Shown here: one piece after another, positions 1 through 12,663 of the stretch
How the letters are laid out: every line of letters begins with the position of its first letter
Numbering within the stretch: the stretch's first letter is position 1
From: Calcarisporiella thermophila CBS 279.70
Lineage: Eukaryota; Fungi; Calcarisporiellomycota
Assembly: GCF_041956535.1 (NCBI RefSeq)
Contig: NW_027192193.1
Coordinates: forward strand, 797,192 to 861,191
Length of the DNA stretch: 64,000 nt
Reading direction: 5' to 3'
Notes under the pieces: model-generated
The model's input: the letters and a program-made list of their open reading frames with translations, nothing else
What the model was told of the DNA's origin: nothing
The model's database searches: none
Translations under genes and position numbers: made by a program

Positions 1-39
1 ATATGGAGATTTTACTGATTTTCTTACAGGTATAAAAGC

Positions 40-2345
40 ATGGCAGAGCGACAAAGACGATTATTAAATGAGAAACATGAGCGCATTCTCCTAGAGCTGG
101 CACGCCAACCTGGCAATGATATTTGCGCTGATTGCGGAGCTAAAGGTATTAAATGCATTAATTAGATCAATTTATCCCCGCATTTTACACATAACCTCGC
201 TTCTCATTCTTTCTTTTTGGATGACAATTGTATCGGCTTTTATTTTTAACAATTTTGTGAACTTCTTCGGCACTTAAACATATTTTCAATCTTCGATTAG
301 GTCCACGTTGGGCGTCTTATAATCTCGGAATTTTTCTTTGTATACGTTGCGGCGGTATCCACCGAAAAATGGGGACACATATTTCAAAGGTCAAATCTAT
401 TTCACTTGATCAGTGGACACCTGAGCAAGTTGAGGTATTTTAGAATTTGTTCGATTTCTCTATTCCTGTTTTAATTGCTGGCATTTAATGTTGTGGGAAA
501 TAGATGATGAGGAAAGGTGGAAATAGAAAAATGAATTCAGAATATAATCCCCATCCAGAGAGACATCCCTTACCGCTTGCTGAAGATGATAGGTAAATTT
601 AATTAGGCCTGGTTAATTTATTTGAGAATTTCAAAATTTCTGAATTTAAAGTAGTGCAATGGAACGATATATTCGTAATAAGTGGGAGAAGAAACTCTTT
701 ATGGAACAAGAAACGAACCAACCACATACTCCACATACTCCACCACGCTCGCAGTCCCTTTTAGCTTCCTATGCCGTCTCGAAACCCAAGCAGCCTAGTT
801 TTGATTCAACTCTCAAAGTCTCCAATACAACACCTAGATCAAACTTATCAAAATCTTCAACTCAACTGCGAGATGATGATGCATATGATATCGCTCTGAA
901 AAATCTTTACGAAATGGGATTTGTAGATACGGAGAAGAATAGGAAGATTTTGGCATCTACCAATGGGGATGTTAATGCAGCGATAGAAGTTCTATGTCGA
1001 TCACAAAGCTCGTCTACAACATTTTCAAAATCTAGCGCTCCCGCTGAGTCACTGCCTCCCCGAAACTCTGGTCAACAAATATTTGCAGAAGACAAGCTAT
1101 CTCAGCTCTGGAACATGGGGTTTCACGATAATAGTAAAAATCAAGATGCTCTTCGTCGTACGGGTGGAAATATTGAAGTCGCTGCCGCAATTTTGCACGA
1201 AGAAAGACAAAGGTCCAAGCTACAAACGGAACAGGATAAAATAAATGCAACGCCCTCTGCACAAACTAAAGACATAAATGCAGCTCAGTCGCCTCAACAG
1301 ACGATGCAATATCGTTTTCCCAGCTCATCAACGACTCAATCCCAATATCAACACCAGCAACTAGTGGCTGGCCAGCCGCAGCAGGTTCCCGGACAGCCTC
1401 AGTCGCCAGCTTATCAAGGAAACAACCCATTTTTGGTGTCTTCATCAACTTATTCCACGTCTTCTTTTGGTACAGGAAATTCTACGGCTTTTGAGCCCGG
1501 GAATCAGTCAACTATGACAAAGTTTACTAATATGCAGCCAAACAGTGCCGGAGTTGGCGTACCTGCAAACAATAGCCAGATCAAAGCTTCGATACTCTCA
1601 CTCTATAATACAACAGCGTTAAATATGCCCACATCTATTTCCTCTTCGCAATCTAACCCTTACGCAGCCTACGTCTCAACACCAGGAGAGGTCACACAGA
1701 TTCAGCACTTAGCACACAACAACCAACAAAACCCTTTTGGTAGAGCTATTGAGGCAAGGGGGCAAAGCGTCATGGAAACGAGGAATTTTAGTGGACCAGC
1801 GACCTTTGAGTCTATAACAAATATGAATGCAGAAATTAGGCATGGAAGAGAACCGTTTGGAAGGTAATTTAAGCGTATTTTGAAAAATATAATTATAAAC
1901 CTAATGTGGGTGTTTGTTATATATATCGAATAGTTACGAAACGCAAGGAATATCACGACAATCTTCAATGCCTCTTCTCTCTAATCCCACCCCACCTTCT
2001 ATCCCATTTTCGACTCCACAATTTCCATTGACACGTCACCAAAGCATGAGCATCGTCAATAGCTCTAATACAAATCCCTTCGATGTTCGTGCGTTAACGA
2101 ATCAAATAAATGGAATGAAAATAAATCAGCAAAATGCCAGTAATACGAATCCGTTTGGCCCACAGTTAAGCGGAATTAATGCGACAACTTCCCAAGGAGC
2201 CGGGAACAATCAAGTGACAGGACTGAATCAAGGTATATCTGCGATGGGTCCTTATGGCTATTCACCAAGCATGGCATGGTCTGGTGGTGACGGTGGCAAT
2301 TTAAACGGAGGAAATATACATGGGAATCAGAAACCCTTTTTCTGA
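40..2345 (+). CDS. ArfGAP with two UBA domains and an NPF-motif-rich tail (Gts1/Ucp3/SMAP-like)
   Basis: Spliced N-terminus reads [10 protein letters not shown]|[40 protein letters not shown] (ArfGAP CxxC-x16-CxxC plus catalytic Arg). It is followed by two UBA motifs (LYEMGF...NAAIEVL; LWNMGF...EVAAAIL) and several NPF motifs; stop at 2345. Confidence 0.9.
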
Positions 2346-2685
2346 TTTGTTACCACTTTGTGAGTTATTTCTTGTCCATTCTTTTTAGCATTACCAACCT
2401 TTTGTGAAAAAAATTTTTAAATCATTTTTTCCATTATTATATTTTCTCATAGTAAATGGGCTTTTTAATTCTGTTTCTGTATTTACCCTTGAAGTATTAA
2501 ATATACAAATAAATTTTACATTTCAGATACATTGAGATCCCAGTATATTGAAATACCAAACCAAAAACTATCGCATAGCGTGCGAGGAGTGTTCATGACG
2601 ATCCTCGGCACTAGGTCGGGGCACTACAATGAATCCAATTTCCGATTTTCTGCTAAGGGAGCTATTTTGGATGCTCGGCTTTTGG

Positions 2686-4134
2686 CTATCGATTAAAAAT
2701 TCTGTTAATATACGATATTGTGCTTATATTAAGATCAAATTCTTCATACACGCTTGCATGTTTGGAGGACTCCCGCTGTTTAGCTAATGTATATATAAGT
2801 CCTGCAATAAATCCTATATATTAAGAAGAATATTAATTTGCTCTAATGAGTCGTTAGATTATATGTAATATTATTGTAACACATTACCGACAAGCACGCC
2901 CGATATACTTCCAAAAGTAATTGGTTCACCTAATATCATTCCACTTATTGCTATTGGTAATTTGTTTAATGCTCCAGCCATACTAAAAGTTGTGGATGAA
3001 GTGGCCCGAACACACCACGCACTACTATAACTGATAGCAAACGCGGAAATACCAGAAAAAATAATTGCAAAAAGCAGCGACAAACGCAGTTCTGGAGGGC
3101 TAGAGTAAAAACATTAAGTCAAGTTTTACTTTCTCCTAATAGTTTAGCTCAGACCTACAAATTCTTTATCAAGTTTTCTTCTCTCCAATCTTCGAGTATC
3201 ATAGATAAACAAAGCATGATCGGCACTCCAATACAGCTATTGTAAAAAACCGTATCAAAATCTGTAAACCCAGTTGATTTGATTCGTTTTCGCATTATGA
3301 GAACATATGCCGCCGACATGAGACAGTTAAAAAACATCCAACTATATCCAGTCAGCCGAATACCGTTTGATGCGTCATAGACATTCGAGCCAGATATGAG
3401 GTCGGACCATCCAGCAATAATTGAAGAGAGAACCTTATTATTCAAATATAGGTCAAATCAATATAAGAAGGTTAGAGAATCCAGCTCGGATGCCAACCAT
3501 TAGACTAAACGACGATAGCATCATTAGAGTAACTCGATTTCCAAATAGAAGCTTTTCACCATAGGCAACCAGAATTATGGTGAGATTCTTGAATATAGTA
3601 TATATTGATATATGTAAATACTGAAGACTTCAAAATGAGACAAAGCATATTAGATTAAAGTTAAAGTAACATTTCATATTTGAGAAGCATCCTTATCTTA
3701 CCTCTTGCTACCAGTATAAATCATTGCAACCAAAAATATAGTGATAGGAAGCCAGCGCTTTGCTTCTCGCCTATTGAACCCACGATATTCTAATAGTTTA
3801 AAGAATTTGAATGTTTCTAGTGCTACTGCTGTGACGAGAAGCTATTCATATATAAAATATCTATGAAATTTGAGTGATATATCTTGCAAGGCAAAACTAT
3901 TAATACTTGTAATGATAGTAATAGGAAATTCATATCGAAGTCAGTTCCCGAGACCATGTATTTATTTGTCAGTGTCATTAGTATCGAGGACGTACAATAT
4001 GCTATTACAGGGATAACTTTTGACCATTCTCGCGGAATTTTAGTGGGTTGTAAGCGCTGATAGTCATTGTAATGGTGTTCATCATATTCTCCATAATGGT
4101 AATAATTGTCTCGTATGGATTTCAATCGTGGCAT
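2686..4134 (-). CDS. VRG4: Golgi GDP-mannose transporter
   Basis: [38 protein letters not shown] and the GALNK nucleotide-sugar motif ([15 protein letters not shown]). Multi-exon; the 3' end is approximate. Confidence 0.9.
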
Positions 4135-4184
4135 TGAGTGAGATAGAAAATTATAAAAAGTAAGCCTGACAATTACTCGTTGAA

Positions 4185-4803
4185 NNNNNNNNNNNNNNNN
4201 NNNNNNNNNNNNNNNNNNNNNNNNNNNNNNNNNNNNNNNNNNNNNNNNNNNNNNNNNNNNNNNNNNNNNNNNNNNNNNNNNNNNNNNNNNNNNNNNNNNN
4301 NNNNNNNNNNNNNNNNNNNNNNNNNNNNNNNNNNNNNNNNNNNNNNNNNNNNNNNNNNNNNNNNNNNNNNNNNNNNNNNNNNNNNNNNNNNNNNNNNNNN
4401 NNNNNNNNNNNNNNNNNNNNNNNNNNNNNNNNNNNNNNNNNNNNNNNNNNNNNNNNNNNNNNNNNNNNNNNNNNNNNNNNNNNNNNNNNNNNNNNNNNNN
4501 NNNNNNNNNNNNNNNNNNNNNNNNNNNNNNNNNNNNNNNNNNNNNNNNNNNNNNNNNNNNNNNNNNNNNNNNNNNNNNNNNNNNNNNNNNNNNNNNNNNN
4601 NNNNNNNNNNNNNNNNNNNNNNNNNNNNNNNNNNNNNNNNNNNNNNNNNNNNNNNNNNNNNNNNNNNNNNNNNNNNNNNNNNNNNNNNNNNNNNNNNNNN
4701 NNNNNNNNNNNNNNNNNNNNNNNNNNNNNNNNNNNNNNNNNNNNNNNNNNNNNNNNNNNNNNNNNNNNNNNNNNNNNNNNNNNNNNNNNNNNNNNNNNNN
4801 NNN
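4185..4803. other. Assembly gap (N run)
   Basis: Continuous run of N. Confidence 1.
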
Positions 4804-5088
4804 TTAATACTTGTAATGATAGTAATAGGAAATTCATATCGAAGTCAGTTCCCGAGACCATGTATTTATTTGTCAGTGTCATTAGTATCGAGGACGTACA
4901 ATATGCTATTACAGGGATAACTTTTGACCATTCTCGCGGAATTTTAGTGGGTTGTAAGCGCTGATAGTCATTGTAATGGTGTTCATCATATTCTCCATAA
5001 TGGTAATAATTGTCTCGTATGGATTTCAATCGTGGCATTGAGTGAGATAGAAAATTATAAAAAGTAAGCCTGACAATTACTCGTTGAA
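4804..5088. repeat. Identical copy of 3900-4184 (first exon of the GDP-mannose transporter) on the far side of the gap
   Basis: The 285 nt match 3900-4184 base for base as read, and both copies abut the gap. Confidence 0.95.
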
Positions 5089-6104
5089 ATGCTGTGGATT
5101 TTGCAACTAGGGATGCTATTCATGTTTGAACTCATATACTACATAACCCACGCTTAATAAATTAATTCTTAGAGCATGTGGCTTATCAATATTTGCCACA
5201 CCAATCTTGAATTAAAATTGTTAACTCTCGTCATAATTACTTCTCATGGAAGTTTGTAAGAGATATTAAAAAAACTACCCATTATAACAACGATTAAACC
5301 TCAAGTATTATGAGCTTTGTTAATTGGTCTCGAAAATCCAATGTAAGCATCATGAATGGAGCAATTATTATATTATAAATAATAAAACCTATTAAATAAA
5401 GAAAAGACCGAAAAGGTATTAACACTGGGTTTTAGCTACCATGATTGCTATAACGCAGGAAGCAGAAGTTAAGTGTAGTACCACATTTTTGCTTGGTATA
5501 ATATTTTATTTCCGATTAACCTAACAACTGCTGTTAACATTAGAATCGAGGGTATACAACATTTTTGCACTCTTATTAAAACTCAGTTTTTATAAATCTT
5601 GGCTGAGGAATGGATGTGATTCGATCGTCTATTTTACTACGTCATCACTGCGGCGCATTTTTTCTAAAGAGATTGCTTTTTATTTTTTAACATCCTATAC
5701 GCGCGTTTCTCCCTAAAGAGAAACAAAATAACTAAACAAAATCTAAAGAGTCTTCATTTTCGACTTTTTTTCGGCCGATGAAGCAAGATCTAAAAAGGAA
5801 CTTGCTTATATATGTGCAGCATTTTTATTTATATCAAATTCACTTTTTAATTCTTGTTTCTTAACATCCCTACAAGTTTCTCCCTTGGTCTAGTGTGCAA
5901 TTGTATATTAACAGCATAGGACTGAAGCTTATTGTGAAATAAGTAAGGAGGAATAATTTGCTGCTAAAGAAGAGCTAGTAGCCCTGGCTGGAAAGGCACC
6001 ATTGCCTGTGGACATTTTATTTAATCTCTTTTAACCACTAAACATAAGGTGAAAAGGGAGAGAATAATAAGGAGAAGTTGTAATTGAAAGAAATCTCCAT
6101 CAAG

Positions 6105-9100
6105 ATGAACGAAGATCATTTGGCCGCTGCTCTCTCTCAGTTCACTCATAACGGTAACGACTCTTCCGAATATTCTTCTGCCCAACAATATACGGAGCCG
6201 GGGGCAGTTGAGGCTGAAAGAACGACATCTGGGGCGGAAGAATTTTCCTTTCCAAATGATGCCGCACTCCAAGGTGTATCAATGACGGATCTCGCACGAT
6301 TCTTGACGGAGGCTGGTTTTATATCTCCAGATTTTGTCATTGCAAACACTGCAGAACCTGCAGGTGCTGGAATCGCTACTGAAGCGCAACAGCAAGTCAC
6401 GACATTTCCCGTGACAGAAAATTTTAACCAAAATGCAATGGACCCTCTATATGATGCAGAGGTTGTATCAGAGGGGTCTGAGAACACCACGCCACCTACA
6501 GTAAATGTAGATACACAAGCAAGCACTGGGTGTAAGAAGATATACGTGTATTTGATTTGACGTGTATGTGATATTGAGGAGTATTTTTTTTTTAGCATTA
6601 TCGGGATCTCGACCACGCTTTATGTTTCAACCCCACCACGTTCAATACCTAGAGAAGAAATTTTTGGAGAATCCCATGCCGGAGAAAGATGCCCTGAGGG
6701 CTATGGCGGCCCAAATCGGATGTCTGGAGTCACAAGTGAGTTTCGAACTAAAATAGTGAAAGGACATCATTTATCTAATATTTGTCTTTTACAGGTTAAA
6801 GGATGGTTTTCAAGAAGAAGGTCAAAGGAGAAGTCAAATAATAAAATATCCAAAATACAAACTGCAGCACTCACGACTAACCTGCAAGGTTCAATAACAT
6901 CCAAAAATATAAACTACCCTCAAGTAGCTTCTGGAGAATATGCAACTACCCTGACCTCAACCCCTGGCAGTAAGCAAGCGATATATACTACACCGATAGA
7001 CACGAGTTCAAAGGTATTATTTGTAGAATGATATAACTATGTTTTTATACTATTTATTAACACATCTCTTTATTCAGGCACCCTCAACTTCATTATCAAA
7101 TGACGACAATCTAGAGTCCCTTTTTAATATTTTAGATTCCTCAGGAGGAATTAGTAAAAGCGATTTCGTCAACGAATTTATCCGGTTGATGAGCTGCATT
7201 AAGATTGGCAAACTCGCGCAGCAATCCATGATTATCAATGCCTTGATATCGACAAAAGATCCTCACATATTACAAGAGTAATACATTATAGAACATTTTT
7301 TCAAGTTCAACATATTTATTATAATTCTTTGTCGTAGATTTATGAAAACAAATGGCCCCAAAATTCTTAATGAATGGCTAACATATTCGCAAGAAACGGA
7401 TGGCTACCTTGTGATGAAGCTTCTGGAGGTGAGTTTGATTTTTAAATTTGTTTTTTTTTTCACACCGATGTCACGTGACTAACACATTTCATTTTTGTGG
7501 CTTTGCAGGTTTTTGATCGCTTACCCATGACAGTTGATGCACTACGAGAATCAGGGGCAGGAAAAAACGCAAAAAAATTATCAAAGAAAGCTCAGGATGA
7601 TAGTACGTTATTATTATTTATTTTAACTTTAAGTAGTGACATTTAAAAAATCGTTATCATATAGAAGTAAAGGATGCTGCCTCCGCTCTGCTAAAAAAAA
7701 TGGATGAAATTTGTTCAAGGTATTTATATATTAATAATTTTATTAAAATTAGCTATTTAATTATATTATTTATTTAGTTGAACCAGCTGTACCTGATAGC
7801 GAATCTAAAAAGCGGCAAGGAAGTATCGATAAAGAAGAAGGTAAACATATTGGCTCTATAAATTATCCTGACAAACATAGTTTATTAACATTTAGCCTAA
7901 TTCTTTGAAAAGAACCACGCAAAAAAACCAAACTTACTGAAAATGCTAGCAACGTTCCTAGCAAACAGAATACGGATATTGTAATATTTGATTGTTTATT
8001 TTTGCATAAATTTATAATGATTGATTGTTTTGACCTATGAAATGATAGAACAAGAAAACGAACGTTACCAAGAAACCTACGGACCCTGTCAAAAAGATTG
8101 GCGAATCTAAACTCAAGCTGCTTCCTACAAGCAATAACTCTGGTTTCTTTGACCAGTTGCTTGAGAGCCGTAATGATGCAAATAAGAAGCGACCTAGTAT
8201 ATCCAATAGTTCTGGAGGTAATTGGGTTTCATTCGTAGTAGGATGTGAATTTTTATAAATTATTTTTATTAGTGCGACTTTCAACTAGAAAACCAGAAGC
8301 AATATCGCTTGATGAGCTCATACAATATACTTCTACTCGTGGTGGTGAAGCTAAGGCCCCCAAGCCCACTGAAAGTGATACAACAAAGACTGACGTGGAC
8401 GATTTGGCCCCTAACAAACCTTCTAAGAAGCGAAAATCTGTGAGATTTGCACCTGACCACTTATTATGCCAGGTCAAAGTGTTTGAGGTTGACCATGGAG
8501 ATGTTGAAGAGAAGGCCGTAAATATTAATATTTGTCCGTATAATCTTAAAAAAAATCATTAATTGGGCTGTTTTTTATAGGGCAACGTTACACCTCATAT
8601 GTATGGAAATGCGAAGGATTTGGACAAACAAGAAGGATTGGGCGCCTTCAAAAAACGACAATTGGAGACAACAATAACAACAGTAGAATGGTATACTCCT
8701 CTTCGTAAGTATTATCAGATGTAAATTTAGAGGTATAAGGGTTAATAATTTCAATTTGAATCAGCTCTTCAACTACCCGATTTCAACGACGGATTTGATG
8801 TAAAAGTTATAAGCCCAGAGTCGGAAATCCAAGCCGAACGTGAAAAGCACGTGCTATCAATCGTGTATCTCGATAGCAGCCAAATCCCTGATAGCCCCGC
8901 GGAACCGGACGTTGAATACGAAGAACATAAAGAGACTCCTATAATTCCAACGGTCGATAGCGAAGCTCTAACTAATGTAAGCTATATAAAAAATACTATA
9001 CTAGTCAATTTTGGATAGCGTAGGCTATTTTTATATTTTTGCTAATGTTACTGTCGTTATTTTTTTTTATTAGTCCAATCCAAATATGCCTTTGCCCTCG

Positions 9101-9757
9101 CAATCACATACTCCTTCAGCATCCATTGATTCGTCACAAGTTTTATCTCTTCTCAATTCGGTTAGCCAATTAGGTCAGTCATTTATGCAGTCAAAACCAT
9201 TTCACCCACAGTCTGGATCGTCTCCCTATAACCAACATGGTAGTGGCGGTCAACAACCCCAGCAATATAGCCAGCCTGGTGTTGGTCATTTACTCTCCGC
9301 TTCACAGCCTCAAATGCCTATTTTGTTAAATCCCATACCATCAGTGAGCTCAAACCAACCCACTGATTTACAATCGACGCTGTTGCAAGTTATAAACAAT
9401 CCTGCACTGTTGAACAATATACTTGGTGGTGTTCAGCCACAACAACAGCAGCAACAGCAGCAACAGCAGCAACAGCAGTCACACCCTCCACCGCAACACA
9501 CTAAGCATCCGTTAAAGTCACAAGATCAACTCTTCAAATCCAAACTTTCTCATGACGAGCAGCAAGGTAACTCGTCACGTCGACGGAATAATTACCGTGA
9601 CTTTGAGAGAGATCGTGATAGAGAGAGGGAAAAAGATCACCGGGATGAACAGGATAAATCAAAGCGGCGTAAAAAAATGGACTGGATGCGAACAGTAAAG
9701 TGCAAATTTTGGCCTAACTGTCGGAATAGAGACAATTGCCCGTTTTTACATGAATGA
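6105..9757 (+). CDS. PNUTS/PPP1R10-like PP1 regulatory subunit with N-terminal homeodomain, TFIIS-N domain, RVxF motif and C-terminal CCCH finger (apparent +1 frameshift at 7693-7700)
   Basis: Homeodomain RPRFMFQPHHVQYLEKKFLENPMP...LESQ|VKGWFSRRRSKEK; TFIIS-N/TND segments FMKTNGPKILNEWLTYSQ and LPMTVDALRESGAGK; KRKSVRFA (PP1 docking); EWYTP...SEIQAEREK...IPDSPAEPD; CKFWPNCRNRDNCPFLH. Joined by canonical GT-AG introns. Confidence 0.85.
9439..9478 (+). repeat. CAA/CAG poly-Q coding repeat
   Basis: caacaacagcagcaacagcagcaacagcagcaacagcag inside the last exon of the PNUTS-like gene. Confidence 0.9.
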
Positions 9758-10177
9758 ATCCAGTTTAATGCAATTTTACAAATAGTTTTCAACGATCAAA
9801 ATATCTTAATTCCTCTATGCTTTATTTTTTTTTATTTTTGACATTTTCTATTTCTCTGTTTTTATTTTTATTCCGTGTTTGGGAGAACTGTAGTTTAAAG
9901 CTTCATATTTCTTTCTTTTGTAAAATGGAATGGATATTTCGTGGATTTTTTTTCTCTTTTATTATTTTTTTCTCCTCGAATAATACCACCTTTTCTTTGG
10001 CCTCTATATGATTAATTGTTGCACATCAAAAATGTGCATCGTAAATGAAATTATTCCATTCAAGTATTAAAGCCACAAATAAACTAAGCCACATATTTTC
10101 ATTAATTGATATAGGTTGATTATATATTACTTCACTTGTACTGTAAAGAAATTATTATTTTTATAATAGAATTGATA

Positions 10178-12100
10178 ATGTCTGAAAACGGTGTCGACCA
10201 GCTCGTTACTAAAGGAGAAACTCCCAAAAATGCGGTAGAAAAGAAGGAGAAGTCTAAAGCTATTGCCTTCACCCTGAAGACGCCAAAAGTATGCGCCAAT
10301 TTATTAAATGAATTAAGAATTTGATTTAATGTGCACTTCTCTATAGGGAACACGAGATTATAATGACAAAGAGATGGCCATCCGCGAAAAGATTTTCTCG
10401 ACAATTATTGGCGTTTTCAAGAAACACGGTGCCGTGACAATTGACACTCCTGTGTTTGAGCTTAAGGTTAATACATTCCATATATTATGTTATGCTCTTC
10501 CATAATACTAGTTTACATTTCTACAGGAAATTCTCTCAGGGAAATATGGTGAAGACAGTAAATTGATATACGATCTTGAAGATCAGGGCGGTGAAAAATG
10601 TTCGCTACGGTATGATCTAACCGTGCCGTTTGCACGCTTTGTCGCGATGAATGGAAAGGAATACGGAAATATTAAGCGATATCACCTCGCAAAAGTTTAC
10701 CGTCGCGACCAGCCTGCAATGACAAAGGGGAGGATGCGCGAATTCTATCAGTGCGATTTTGATATTGCAGGCAATTATGATCCGATGGTGCCTGATTCTG
10801 AAGTTCTGCGTGTTGTATGTGAAGCATTGACAGCACTGGATATAGGAGAATATACAATTAAGGTAATATAGCTTTCTATGGTGAAAGCTTAGTATTTTGA
10901 TGTAACCCATTTCATTATCAATATAGATTAATCACCGTAAAATTCTTGATGGAATATTTGAAGTTTGCGGCGTTCCTTCTGAGAAAATTCGTCCAATTTC
11001 ATCTGCCGTCGATAAACTTGACAAAGTAGCTCTTCTAGCGTAGTCTCTAATGAATGGACTAGTATTGACTGCAATTTTATTATTACCATAGCTACCCTGG
11101 GAAGACGTACGAAAGGAGATGACCGAAGAGAAAGGTTTGGACACCTCAGTGGCAGATATGATTGGCGAATATGTCAAATTGAATGGAAAGGGTTTGGAGG
11201 GTAAATGAGTTCATATTTAATTTTATTGCTTTATAACGTTAAGTTTGCTGTGTTTATAGGCTGCAAAACGTTATTGGAAAAACTTGCAAATGATGAGAGG
11301 TTAATGAAGAGCAAGAGTGCTAGCGAAGGTATCGAAGACATGAAATTATTATTCAAATATTTACAATGCTTGAATATCATTGATAAGGTGGATTCTCAGT
11401 AAATTTTTGGATAGTGGAATGACTATTAATGTTTTTCTACAACTCCTCATTTCAGATGTCGTTCGATATGAGTTTGGCTCGTGGACTCGATTACTACACC
11501 GGTCTCATTTACGAGGCTGTGACACAGCAATCTGCACCTCCCAAACTTGAAGGAGCTAAACGTCCCGCCAAGCGCGATAATCCGGATGAGATTGATGAAT
11601 CCGCTGTTGGTGTTGGCTCTATCGCTGCTGGAGGCCGATACGATGAGCTGGTGGGTATGTTTATGGGCAGCAAGAAGAAGGCGAACAGCCCTGCCAATAA
11701 GATTCCTTGTGTCGGTGTTTCAATTGGCGTGGAGCGTGTGTTTTCAATTCTGCTTCAGCGGGCCAATGCTGCTGAGATCAAGAGCAACCAAACGGAGGTA
11801 CTTGTGATGGCAGTTGGTGATGGATTGCTGGAGGAACGAATGCAAATTGCAACTGAGCTCTGGGATGCTGATATTAAGGCAGAGTTCATCTACAAGGTCA
11901 AGCCTCGAACTCAAAATCAGTTTGATGCATGCGAAAGGTTCCGTATTCCATTCGCAATTATTATAGGAAAAAGTGAGCTTGATCAGGGACAAGTGCGCAT
12001 CAAAGATATGCGTTCGAAGGATGTGTCACAGGGACCTGGTGCGCTTGTTCCTCGAAGTGAGATGATTAAAGAATTGAAGCAACGACTTAGCCAATTATAA
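10178..12100 (+). CDS. HTS1: Histidyl-tRNA synthetase
   Basis: LKTPK|[58 protein letters not shown] and a C-terminal anticodon-binding domain. Confidence 0.97.
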
Positions 12101-12663
12101 ATTGTTTTGAATATATTACGAGTTCGTTTCGTGCCATACTTCATCATGATATCTTTCAGATTAGAAATAACATACGTAGATTTACTGAAATAAACAATGT
12201 GCAATAATACAGTTTTTATCGGATCGATCAAAAAAAAAAAAATCCACGCAACGCATTTTTCTATGGTTTTATTAATTAATATGGAAATGAGCGCAGTGTC
12301 TATGCACTGAATATCTGTCTCATTTCTGAGTACAGCATACTATTTCCCCCTTTTTAACCATATCTAGTCTATCATTACCAAGAGTAACTCACCCCATGCC
12401 AAGATATAATTGCACCTCTGGTCTTAGAAGACTATTCCTCATATTCCCAAATTAAACAAGAATATTTGTTTTCGGCTACCCCATTTAGCCCGAGAAAGTG
12501 ATGAAAAGGGAATAGTAAATTTAAGATTGGTAGAATCATTTCACAAAGCATTTCGGAAATCTCTATTGCGTTTTTCAAAAAGTCTCATAAAAAAACAAAA
12601 TAATAAAACAAACTATAAAATTAGATACAACAACAAAAAAAAAAAGAAAAATAAAAGAGTAAA

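Noticed and set aside
4151-5038. Second GDP-mannose transporter paralogue, and ORFs spanning the Ns
   Set aside because: These arise from the gap and the identical duplicated flank.
12089-12100. HisRS C-terminal SQL as a PTS1
   Set aside because: A weak non-canonical tripeptide with no other support.
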